Shown here in pieces: positions 56,360-64,000 of a stretch of DNA of 64,000 bases (position 1 is the stretch's first letter; the number at the start of each line of letters is the position of its first letter). Under the pieces are notes generated by a model, which was not told the origin of the DNA, made no database searches, and saw nothing but the letters and a program-made list of their open reading frames with translations. The position numbers and the translations under genes are program-made. The DNA is taken from NCBI GenBank assembly GCA_964469265.1, contig CAYXYF010000004.1:35958-99957 (forward strand), in the 5' to 3' direction. The stretch is from an uncultured Bdellovibrionales bacterium. Its GTDB lineage: Bacteria; Bdellovibrionota; Bdellovibrionia; Bdellovibrionales; JAEYZS01.

Positions 56360-56908
56360 ATGTCTAAATCAAATGTTATTGATTTAAAGTCATATTTAAA
56401 GGGATCAGGTCGAAAAACAGGTAAATTATTAAAGATTTCTACGAATGCAGAGCCTGCTTCCGTGATTGATTTAGCTCAAAAGAAAGAAGAAATTCTATCT
56501 TTAGAAAGACGGGAAAAAAAGAGGACTATCCTTACAGAGTTTGTAGGTGCCTTTATTGTTATACCGAACTCAGGTTTAAGCCTTGGCGGCTTACATAAAG
56601 TCAGTCTTTATGACATTTCATCAAACGGTGTATCCTTTGATAGCGAAACAAAAATAGGCTCGTTACGCACGGGTGATGAAATCGCGATGCGAATCTATTT
56701 GTCACAAAAAAGTTACTTTCCATTTGTGGTTAAGATTGCTAATAGCAGATATATCCGCGACGAAGAAACATTCCGCTATGGTTGCGAGTTTGTAAAAACG
56801 ACGGTGAATAAAGAGGCGCTTAGCCACTTCGTGAAGTTTATTGAGTCAGTTGCCATTGATATGAAGATTGATACGGGCGACCTTCTGACGCATTCCTCGA
56901 AAAAATAA
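56360..56908 (+). CDS. PilZ-domain c-di-GMP receptor
   Basis: RxxxR motif (RREKKR) and D-x-S-x-x-G motif (DISSNG) at the canonical spacing. Confidence 0.75.
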   Translation: MSKSNVIDLKSYLKGSGRKTGKLLKISTNAEPASVIDLAQKKEEILSLERREKKRTILTEFVGAFIVIPNSGLSLGGLHKVSLYDISSNGVSFDSETKIGSLRTGDEIAMRIYLSQKSYFPFVVKIANSRYIRDEETFRYGCEFVKTTVNKEALSHFVKFIESVAIDMKIDTGDLLTHSSKK

Positions 56909-56985
56909 AGCGAATAAATGTTGAACTTTTCAGGGTTTCCATATCTCATAGAGTTGTAAATTGACTCTATGATGGAGGCACCTTT

Positions 56986-58320
56986 TTGGCGAATAATCAG
57001 AAACTCCGAAGAATTGTTCTTGATACTAACGTTATTCTATTCGATGCACAGGCCATATTTAAATTTAAAGGAGCGATCCTTCATATCCCGATGACCGTCA
57101 TTGAAGAAATCGATACCTTTAAACGAGAGCTCGGGGAGAATGGAAGAAACGCCCGCCAGTTTAGCAGATTTATCGATGTCTTAAGAAATGAAGGCCCCCT
57201 TGCAAAAGGCGTAAAGCTTGAAAAAAGTGATGCCACCTTAATTGTTACAACAGATAATTACGTTGGCAACTTACCAAAAGATCTCAACCCCGAAAAAGCA
57301 GATTCAAGAATTTTAGGAACAGCTATCTACCTTAAGGAGCAATATCCTGGTGACGACATTGAGCTTGTTTCCAAAGATATTAACCTTAGAATTAAAGCCG
57401 ATGTTTATGGCGTAATTGCTAAAGACTACGAACCTGATTCTGTCTCTGTGGATGAGCTTTATGCAGGTTACACCGAAATCGAAGTTGAACCACACTTGAT
57501 TGACGAGTTTTATTCGAACAAACTTTTACCCGAGGTGCCAGGCCACACATTCCTAGCAAATCAATATGTCATCATGAAGGATAAATCCAATCCCAATCAT
57601 AGTGCCATCGCACGGTATAGCATGCAACAGCAAGGGTTGGTTCCGCTTATTCATTTAAATGAAAGCGTGTGGGGGATCTTCCCAAGAAACGTTGAACAAA
57701 GTTTTGCGTTAGATTGTCTTCTTAACGATGAGATTTTAATTGTGACCCTTGTCGGTAAGGCGGGAACTGGAAAAACGCTCATTGCCTTAGCCGCAGGTCT
57801 TGCAAAAACTCTTGATGAAGGCAAATACCGAAAACTTTTGGTGAGCCGTCCAATCTTCCCGATGGGAAGAGATATTGGTTATTTGCCAGGGGACGTAGAG
57901 CAAAAGTTAAATCCTTGGATGCAGCCAATTTTTGATAACGTGGAATTTTTAATGGGTGCGGATAGCTCTCATAAAAAAGCTGCGGGACGCGCGCAAGAGT
58001 TAATCAACCAAGGCATGTTGAATATTGAGCCCCTAACGTACATTCGTGGTAGATCCATTCCAAACCAATACTTGATTGTGGATGAGTCTCAAAACTTAAC
58101 TCCTCATGAGATTAAGACCATCGTTACTCGCGCAGGTCAGGGAACAAAGATCATCCTAACAGGGGATTGCTTCCAGATTGATAACCCGTACGTAGACTCT
58201 GGCAATAGTGGTCTGACCCATGCGGTAGAACGCTTTAAAGGTCAGCCTATTGCTGCACACGTTACACTCAATAAAGGTGAGCGTTCAGAGTTAGCAGAGC
58301 TTGCAAGTAATCTTTTATAG
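56986..58320 (+). CDS. PIN-domain / PhoH-like ATPase (YlaK type)
   Basis: PIN N-terminus VLDTNVILFD. PhoH Walker A GKAGTGKTL and Walker B LIVDESQNLT. TTG start. Confidence 0.8.
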   Translation: MANNQKLRRIVLDTNVILFDAQAIFKFKGAILHIPMTVIEEIDTFKRELGENGRNARQFSRFIDVLRNEGPLAKGVKLEKSDATLIVTTDNYVGNLPKDLNPEKADSRILGTAIYLKEQYPGDDIELVSKDINLRIKADVYGVIAKDYEPDSVSVDELYAGYTEIEVEPHLIDEFYSNKLLPEVPGHTFLANQYVIMKDKSNPNHSAIARYSMQQQGLVPLIHLNESVWGIFPRNVEQSFALDCLLNDEILIVTLVGKAGTGKTLIALAAGLAKTLDEGKYRKLLVSRPIFPMGRDIGYLPGDVEQKLNPWMQPIFDNVEFLMGADSSHKKAAGRAQELINQGMLNIEPLTYIRGRSIPNQYLIVDESQNLTPHEIKTIVTRAGQGTKIILTGDCFQIDNPYVDSGNSGLTHAVERFKGQPIAAHVTLNKGERSELAELASNLL

Positions 58321-58321
58321 C

Positions 58322-58774
58322 TTATATAAAGACCTCAGCTGATACGTTGAACTTTTTCGCCAAAGCTTTTATTTGGCGTAAGTTCAGTTCGCGTTCTCCT
58401 TTTAAAACCTTTGATACGACCGATTGGCCCCCAAATATCTGAGCTAGGTCAGATTGCTTTAACCCTTGAAGCTCCATAAGATAAGAAAGCATGTCTGTGC
58501 CACTTACAGGCGCATCTTTAAAACGCCGCCTTTCATAGTCACTAACTAAATCTGCTAAAGTTTTTAAGTAAAGGGATGCCCCTTCGTCTCTGATTGTCTC
58601 ATTGTAAGTTATTATTTTCTCAATTATCATAAGAGCTAACTCATGCTCTTCTTTGGAAGCAATGGGCTTAAGAGGAAAAAATTCGACAAGCTTAATATAG
58701 GTTGGGCCCACCTTAACTTTTTTTACCCTAGACTCTTCTTTTAAACTATCTATAAGCTTTTTTGCAATACCCAT
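58322..58774 (-). CDS. higA: HigA-type antitoxin (HTH-XRE with N-terminal extension)
   Basis: C-terminal HTH LKQSDLAQIFGGQSVVSKVLKGERELNLRQIKALAKKF. Start set at MGIAKK (RBS GGAAGGA), 2 nt after the higB stop. Confidence 0.75.
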   Translation of the reverse strand: MGIAKKLIDSLKEESRVKKVKVGPTYIKLVEFFPLKPIASKEEHELALMIIEKIITYNETIRDEGASLYLKTLADLVSDYERRRFKDAPVSGTDMLSYLMELQGLKQSDLAQIFGGQSVVSKVLKGERELNLRQIKALAKKFNVSAEVFI

Positions 58775-58776
58775 AG

Positions 58777-59067
58777 CTATTCCTTCCATTTGTTTTTATC
58801 GTACTCTTTATGAGTTAAAACGTGAGTAACGAGAATGATTTGTATGCCATATGATATCTTTGTTATGGTCCGAATCTTATTTCCACCAATATCAAAGACG
58901 ACTTGGTGGCCGACAAAGTCAACGTTGGCTCCAAATACCTTTTTCAAGTCCTGGGGCCTATTAAAACTCGTTCCCTCCATAAGCTTGACCCATCTATCCA
59001 GAGCCTTTCGACCTAAAGAGTGTCTTTTTTTAAATTCATCAATGATGTTTTTACCTAAAAGCTGCAC
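58777..59067 (-). CDS. higB: HigB-type toxin (mRNA interferase, HigB_toxin family)
   Basis: 96 aa. ...FKKRHSLGRKALDRWVKLM...FDIGGNKIRTITKISY...ILVTHVLTHKEYDK matches the HigB (COG4680) pattern. Toxin-first order. GTG start. Confidence 0.75.
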   Translation of the reverse strand: MQLLGKNIIDEFKKRHSLGRKALDRWVKLMEGTSFNRPQDLKKVFGANVDFVGHQVVFDIGGNKIRTITKISYGIQIILVTHVLTHKEYDKNKWKE

Positions 59068-59075
59068 TCATTAAG

Positions 59076-59126
59076 TATAGCAAAATGCTATAATGACCGC
59101 AACAAGAATTATAGCATTTTGCTATA
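59076..59126. promoter_or_regulatory. Perfect 19-bp inverted repeat carrying outward-facing extended -10 boxes; probable higBA operator/promoter
   Basis: TATAGCAAAATGCTATAAT (59076-59094), a 13-nt spacer, then ATTATAGCATTTTGCTATA (59108-59126). Each arm is itself a TATAGCA-n3-TGCTATA palindrome and reads TGCTATAAT on one strand. It lies immediately upstream of higB. Confidence 0.6.
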
Positions 59127-59134
59127 AACGAATA

Positions 59135-59362
59135 TTAAGGTTGTTTGAGTCTGTTTTTGTTTTTGTAGAAACGCTCGTTGAGAGCGTCGGAGACTTGATC
59201 GAGCCATTCATGGGTGCTTTCGCAATAAGGGTCGTTTTCAAACTTTTCGAAGGTTGCAATAAACTCACTAAAGAGTTGGTCATAACCCAAGCTATAAAGC
59301 CACGTTTGGTCTTTCTTCTGCGCTTTTAATCTGTAAGTTTGAAGGTCTATTACGTTCATCAC
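59135..59362 (-). CDS. Small hypothetical protein
   Basis: 75 aa, hydrophilic, with balanced composition. Preferred over the overlapping plus-strand ORF 59093..59329, whose product is implausibly hydrophobic and Phe/Val-rich. No family recognised. Confidence 0.4.
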   Translation of the reverse strand: MMNVIDLQTYRLKAQKKDQTWLYSLGYDQLFSEFIATFEKFENDPYCESTHEWLDQVSDALNERFYKNKNRLKQP

Positions 59363-59632
59363 TCATAAACAAAGCAAGTCTTGTGCCTAAAGCTTCATAG
59401 TTTCTTCGGGTCAAAAACTAGGTTGGCATACTTTTTAAGGATGTTTTTCAGAGGCTCATTTTTCATGCCAGATTTCGCGCCAAGCCCCCTCAGTAATTAA
59501 TTCAATAGCGTCTAAAATAATCACATCACTGCTGCCAAAAGGAAGGCCGTACTTTGGTCTGGTTTCTAGAAGGGGGCGTCAAGAAGTGGAAGCTCTTTGC
59601 CGATCTAACTATGAGATAAAAGGAGACTTCAA

Positions 59633-59911
59633 ATGTTCTTACAAGGAAATCTGCAAGCGGTTTTTGATGCTCTTTATACGTTAGGTGTAATTGATCCAGT
59701 TTTGGAGAAAGACTGGAAGCAATCCTTTGAGGAGTTTCCTGCCCATGAAACGCAAGTTCAACAGGCGGTGGCTAAGGTCAATATGTGCCAAGGAGATATC
59801 ACAAGAATTGTTAGCTCATTGAAGGCCTTTGATATGAAAACTTTGGAATTTGTTGCGATGGAAGTTGCAAGAGAGTTTGCAGACTTTTACGCAAGAAAGG
59901 TGACTCATTAA
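59633..59911 (+). CDS. Small cytosolic hypothetical protein (first gene of the CpaF-like operon)
   Basis: 92 aa with a strong RBS AAAGGAGA. No signal peptide. No family recognised. Confidence 0.55.
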   Translation: MFLQGNLQAVFDALYTLGVIDPVLEKDWKQSFEEFPAHETQVQQAVAKVNMCQGDITRIVSSLKAFDMKTLEFVAMEVAREFADFYARKVTH

Positions 59912-59912
59912 T

Positions 59913-60386
59913 ATGGTAAAAATATTTGCAGTCATCGCAATGACAATTTTTTTGGCAAAGAGCGTTTTTGCATTCGAGATTGATTTTTCCCGAAGAACGC
60001 AACACCTTAAAGAACCGACAGTTGTTCTTCCACAAAAAAGTACGCCAGATTTAGTTTCTTTATCTCATGTCACAGAAAACTTTGCAGCATCACAAGATAT
60101 CGTGATCTTAAATACTTCAAATGGGTTTATCCCAAAGTCTTTGAGTTTAAAAGAGGGTACTAAATATAAAATTCACGTTGTGAATGTTAATGAGAAAGAA
60201 AAAAACGTTAGCTTTATTATGAGTGCGTTTGCTCAGCATCATGGAACATACTACGGCCAAATTAAAACATTTGAAATTACTCCGACAAAAGAGGGTGTCT
60301 ACACATACCAGTGTCCCGAGACAGCTTTAGAGGGGCGAGTTGTGGTGCTTCCGCATAACGATCGCGCTCTGGCTAGTGAAAAATAA
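59913..60386 (+). CDS. Exported cupredoxin-like protein (Cupredoxin_1/EfeO-N type), copper ligands incomplete
   Basis: Signal peptide IFAVIAMTIFLAKSVFA. C-terminal EGTKYKIHVVNVN...KTFEITPTKEGVYTYQCPETALEGRVVVL follows the cupredoxin pattern. The Cys is kept, but the His and Met expected after it are absent. Confidence 0.5.
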   Translation: MVKIFAVIAMTIFLAKSVFAFEIDFSRRTQHLKEPTVVLPQKSTPDLVSLSHVTENFAASQDIVILNTSNGFIPKSLSLKEGTKYKIHVVNVNEKEKNVSFIMSAFAQHHGTYYGQIKTFEITPTKEGVYTYQCPETALEGRVVVLPHNDRALASEK

Positions 60387-60409
60387 TTTTTACTCATAGG
60401 AAAAACGGG

Positions 60410-61513
60410 ATGGATTCTAAGGTTGATGTTTTCAAAAATGCTATACGCAATTTCTTAGGTCCCATTGACCATTTTCTCGATGACCCAACTATTACTGAAA
60501 TTCTAATTAATGGCCCCAGTGAAATTTTTATTGAGCAGAATGGTAAGCTCTCAAAAACAGATGCTTCTTTTCCAGATGAAGAAGCGCTTCAGGCCGCAGT
60601 GAACAGTATCGCTCAAAGTGTTGGCCGCAGAATTTCTAAAAAAGAACCAACCCTTGATGCAAGACTTCCCGATGGATCAAGAATTCATGCCGTTCTGCCT
60701 CCTGTCGCAAGAAGTGGAACAACGGTAAGTATTCGTAAATTCACGCAAGCAAAAATCACTTTAAAAGAATGTGTTGAAAACGGAACAATGACCGCCGATG
60801 CAGCTCAGTTTCTTGATCTGTGTATGTTCCTCGGAAAAAACATTCTGGTCAGTGGCGGAACAGGTTCTGGTAAAACCACACTGTTGAGTGTGTTGGCCTC
60901 ACGAATCCCTAAGGGGCAACGAGTGATCGTCATTGAGGACTCATCTGAGCTTCAAATTGAGTATGAACATCTAGTGTTTTTTGAGACACAGTTGTCAGAC
61001 ACCCAAGGTGAGGGTGAAGTGAGTATGAAGGATCTTGTTAAAAGTAGCCTTCGTTTAAGACCTGATCGAATTATCGTAGGTGAAGTTCGAAGTGAAGAAG
61101 CTTTAGATTTAGTCAACGCAATGAATACTGGTCACAAGGGTTGCCTTGGAACAATTCACGCCAATACCCCAGAAGATGCCATGGTTCGTTTAGAGGGTCT
61201 TGCAATGGGGGGAGACACTAAAATTTCAGAACGGGCACTTCAGCATTTGATTGGAGCTGCGGTGGATATTATCGTCCAGATTTCACGGTTCTCCGACGGG
61301 AGCAGGCGCGTTAACAATATCTCTGAAGTCGGGGGCCACGATGGTTCAAAGTATCTTGTGGAGCCCATATTTGAATTGGGGCAGCTTAAAAAATCAGCAG
61401 ATGGACGCCTTGTGGGTCGCTTAGAGGCTGTAGGCCGCGTTCCATCTTTTATGGATGAAATTGAAGCCAATCGTATCCCTTTTTCCAGAGCTAAATTTAA
61501 CAAAGCCGCGTGA
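60410..61513 (+). CDS. cpaF: CpaF/VirB11-family type II/IV secretion ATPase, minimal form
   Basis: Walker A GGTGSGKTT, Asp box VIVIEDSSEL, Walker B PDRIIVGEVR, His box GHKGCLGTIHAN. Only about 25 aa precede the ITEILINGP N-domain. Confidence 0.85.
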   Translation: MDSKVDVFKNAIRNFLGPIDHFLDDPTITEILINGPSEIFIEQNGKLSKTDASFPDEEALQAAVNSIAQSVGRRISKKEPTLDARLPDGSRIHAVLPPVARSGTTVSIRKFTQAKITLKECVENGTMTADAAQFLDLCMFLGKNILVSGGTGSGKTTLLSVLASRIPKGQRVIVIEDSSELQIEYEHLVFFETQLSDTQGEGEVSMKDLVKSSLRLRPDRIIVGEVRSEEALDLVNAMNTGHKGCLGTIHANTPEDAMVRLEGLAMGGDTKISERALQHLIGAAVDIIVQISRFSDGSRRVNNISEVGGHDGSKYLVEPIFELGQLKKSADGRLVGRLEAVGRVPSFMDEIEANRIPFSRAKFNKAA

Positions 61514-61555
61514 TTTACTTGCATCGCATAAGCCCTGACTGATAGAAACAGCAGC

Positions 61556-63049
61556 GTGCTTTTTAGTAGTAAAATCTCCAACTCAGTTCTGACTTTTTTA
61601 GAGAACCAACGGGTCACGTTGGAGGGCCTCTACTCGTCCTTTGATATTCCAGAAGAGCTTTTGCGCGACCCTTCCTCTTGGATGGAAGCACGAGAAATGG
61701 AAAACTTTTTAAGTGCGGCCTCAAATCATTTTTCGGCAGAACGGCAAAATCAAAAAAGCTCAGGCGAGAGTCTTGCTGAACTTGTTGGCCATGACTGTTT
61801 AAACCTTCACTCGTGGGGAGTTCTGGATAGCGTTTTACGGATGATGGACAAACCTCAAGATATTTATCTTCATCCTGAGCGCTTTTTATCATACTTTATT
61901 TCTCCAACACCTCCATTACTTAAATTAGACTCTCAGGCTGAATCCAGCTTGGAAAAATGCTCCTTTGAAATTTCGATTTCAAGTTTTGATTATCCGTTAA
62001 CAACAAAATATTTGCAGACAGCCCTTGAAGCTCTTCCGACATTTTTTGGACGCGAAAATGCTCAGGTACACTGGATCGGGAAAATTGTAGATATTAACTG
62101 GGAAACAAAGCAAGACTCGCTTTTTGAAACAAACGAGCTTGAAAGAAACATTAAGCCTGATCTTGTTGATACCTTAATGACTTCTCTGGAGAAAAAACAA
62201 CGAGAACTTGAAATAAAAAACCGTGAGTTAATTGAAAAAAACAAACTCCTAGAAGAAGCTCAGCGCAAACTTGAAAGCCAATACCGCGAAAGAGTTTTTT
62301 CAGAAAAGTTATCAACGCTTTCGGAGCTTGCCTCAAGTATTGCCCATGAAATCAATAATCCGTTAGCGTATGTGATGAGCAACATGATGCGAATTAATGA
62401 TTATTTTATTCGTGCACAACAACTTATCACAATACTGATTGGGCAAGATCGTCTTAATCCTGCGGTTCAAGAAGCCATGAGAAGGATGGATTGGAATATC
62501 GTACAAAAAGATTTTCCAGAAGTCGTCCAAGAGGTTCATGACGGACTTCAGAAGGTGCGAGGAATAGTGAAAGATCTTTCCTTTATCACAGGTAAAAACT
62601 CTGATGATGAAAGAGTTCGAGCGGATTTAAATGAAGTCGTGGGATCAGCAGTAAAAATGGTGAAGCATCAAGTGCCGCAAGACGTGAGCATTGATAGTCA
62701 TTTATTGTTAAACCAAGCAATACCGATTTATCCGCTGCGCTTAGAGCAAGCTTTAGTTAATATTTTAAATAACGCTGTTCAAGCGATTGACGGTAAGGGA
62801 ACTGTTCGTGTTGTCACTCGACCAAAGGGCGAACGCGCAGAGATAGAAATTTCAGATACAGGACGGGGAATGGACGAAGAAAAACTTAAGTCCATCTTTA
62901 AACCCTTTTACACGACAAAGCAGCCTGGGAAAGGTACGGGCCTCGGATTAAGTATTGCCCATTCTATAGTTGAAATGCATTCTGGGGGTATTAAAGTAAC
63001 GAGCGAGCCTGGAAGAGGTTCTACATTTTCAATTGACCTACCACTTTAG
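61556..63049 (+). CDS. Soluble sensor histidine kinase with an uncharacterised N-terminal sensor region
   Basis: H-box SIAHEINNPLAYV, N-box NILNNAVQA, and G-boxes DTGRGM and GTGLGLSIA. No TM helices seen. A coiled-coil linker is present. GTG start. Confidence 0.8.
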   Translation: MLFSSKISNSVLTFLENQRVTLEGLYSSFDIPEELLRDPSSWMEAREMENFLSAASNHFSAERQNQKSSGESLAELVGHDCLNLHSWGVLDSVLRMMDKPQDIYLHPERFLSYFISPTPPLLKLDSQAESSLEKCSFEISISSFDYPLTTKYLQTALEALPTFFGRENAQVHWIGKIVDINWETKQDSLFETNELERNIKPDLVDTLMTSLEKKQRELEIKNRELIEKNKLLEEAQRKLESQYRERVFSEKLSTLSELASSIAHEINNPLAYVMSNMMRINDYFIRAQQLITILIGQDRLNPAVQEAMRRMDWNIVQKDFPEVVQEVHDGLQKVRGIVKDLSFITGKNSDDERVRADLNEVVGSAVKMVKHQVPQDVSIDSHLLLNQAIPIYPLRLEQALVNILNNAVQAIDGKGTVRVVTRPKGERAEIEISDTGRGMDEEKLKSIFKPFYTTKQPGKGTGLGLSIAHSIVEMHSGGIKVTSEPGRGSTFSIDLPL

Positions 63050-63066
63050 ATTTGTAAGGAGACAAC

Positions 63067-64000
63067 ATGTCAGAAATTATCGATGTCAGAGCACGAGAAG
63101 TTTTAGATAGCAGAGGAAACCCTACAGTTGAAGTTGAAGTTATTGGAGCAACTGGTTTTTCTGCCTACGCAGCAGTACCATCAGGTGCATCAACTGGTGC
63201 GCATGAGGCTTGTGAGCTCAGAGACAACGATAAAAAAAGATATCATGGTAAAGGTGTGCTCCAAGCAGTAGAAAATGTTGAAGGAGCCATCGCAGAAAAG
63301 ATTATTGGCCTAGATTGCTTGAAGCAAAGAGAGATAGATCAAATTCTTTTACATGCTGATGGATCAGAGAACAAATCAAATCTTGGTGCTAACGCACTAC
63401 TTGGTGTATCACTTGCCTGCACAAAACTTTCTGCCCTAGAGCTTGGTATTCCTGTTTACGAATATGTCGGCGGAGCACTTGCAAATACATTACCAGTCCC
63501 ATTGATGAACATCTTAAACGGAGGCGCACACGCGAATAACGGACTTGATGTGCAAGAGTTTATGATCGCACCAGTGCTCGGCGGTAAATTTTCGGAATCT
63601 TTAAGATGTGGTTCTGAAATCTTTCATACACTTAAAAAAATTCTTAATGACAAGGGCCTCAGTACTGCGGTGGGTGACGAGGGTGGCTTTGCTCCAGCGT
63701 TGAAGAATAACCGAGAAGCCTTGGAGCTTATTGCAGATGCTGTTGAAAAATCAGGATACCGTCTTGGTGAAGACTTATACTTTGCACTCGATGTTGCAGC
63801 CACAGAGCTTTACAAAGATGGAAAGTACATTTGGGAAGGAAAGGCCATCACTTCTGATGAGCTGATCTCTATTTATGAAGAGTGGAGTAAAACATTCCCG
63901 ATTAAATCTATAGAAGATGGCTTAGGAGAAGATGATTGGAAGTCTTGGGCTTCTATCACTGATCGACTGGGCGATAAAATTCAACTCGTAGGTGATGATC
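63067..64000 (+). CDS. eno: Enolase, N-terminal about 311 codons (continues beyond the right edge)
   Basis: [25 protein letters not shown]... and [10 protein letters not shown] are canonical enolase motifs. RBS AAGGAGA. Confidence 0.93.
   Translation, partial: MSEIIDVRAREVLDSRGNPTVEVEVIGATGFSAYAAVPSGASTGAHEACELRDNDKKRYHGKGVLQAVENVEGAIAEKIIGLDCLKQREIDQILLHADGSENKSNLGANALLGVSLACTKLSALELGIPVYEYVGGALANTLPVPLMNILNGGAHANNGLDVQEFMIAPVLGGKFSESLRCGSEIFHTLKKILNDKGLSTAVGDEGGFAPALKNNREALELIADAVEKSGYRLGEDLYFALDVAATELYKDGKYIWEGKAITSDELISIYEEWSKTFPIKSIEDGLGEDDWKSWASITDRLGDKIQLVGDD

Noticed and set aside
59093-59329. Plus-strand 78-aa ORF overlapping the minus-strand gene 59135..59362, downstream of the plus-facing TGCTATAAT box.
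   Set aside because: Its product (…VFVFVETLVESVGDLIEPFMGAFAIRVVF…) has an implausible composition compared with the minus-strand product. Only one can be coding, and I kept the minus-strand call at low confidence.
1-64000. Scan for CRISPR arrays, IS elements or transposases, integrases, reverse transcriptases, prophage genes, rRNA, and known multi-gene defence systems.
   Set aside because: I saw no spaced direct-repeat array and none of these protein families among the translations. The only defence-like element is the higBA pair. This is a by-eye scan, so short or degenerate elements could have been missed.

Overview
Gene-dense, low-GC Gram-negative chromosomal window with about 75 CDS and one tRNA. 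I saw no rRNA, CRISPR array, transposase, integrase or prophage. All calls come from reading the supplied translations and the raw sequence by eye. No database search or computation was possible, so family names rest on motif-level recognition.

Content from left to right:
- distal part of a Tad/Flp type IVb pilus locus (flp pilin, pseudopilin-like genes, cpaB-like gene)
- a histone H1-like protein with a Lys/Ala-rich tail
- folD-gcvT-gcvH, then tRNA-Leu(UAG)
- a PBP-type transpeptidase, an OmpA-family lipoprotein and rlmM
- a complete pstSCAB-phoU-phoB-phoR operon with a candidate Pho box
- ogt, then livFGMH plus a binding protein
- a tyrosine-catabolism fragment (FAH-family hydrolase, DUF455-like di-iron protein, maiA), then ltaE and gcvP
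- an RNA/translation-modification neighbourhood (TIGR01212-type radical SAM, MnmC/MnmD-like methyltransferase, yggU, an EpmA-like class II aaRS paralogue)
- ihfB and glycosyltransferases
- the overlapping gdh, pyrD and mutT genes (minus strand)
- heptose/LPS genes, then rlmN and a PfkB kinase
- a coiled-coil / GGDEF / metallophosphoesterase operon
- pgi, an FHA-GGDEF cyclase and an Rsm22-like methyltransferase
- an ECF sigma / anti-sigma pair, a predicted aminopeptidase, an OM barrel, elbB and a TonB-like protein
- a PilZ protein, a PIN-PhoH ATPase and a higBA pair
- a small-protein / cupredoxin-like / CpaF-like ATPase operon, a soluble histidine kinase and the 5' part of eno

The DgcB-type FHA-GGDEF, the several c-di-GMP components, the Tad genes and the many lineage-specific exported proteins suggest a Bdellovibrio-like predatory bacterium. 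That is inference only.

The best candidate for something new is the operon at 42825-45685. Its GGDEF enzyme carries the Asp-to-Ser 'Hypr' substitution associated with 3',3'-cGAMP synthesis, sits on a non-receiver N-terminal domain, and is directly followed by a calcineurin-type phosphoesterase. The second candidate is the orphan minimal CpaF-type ATPase module at 59633-63049.
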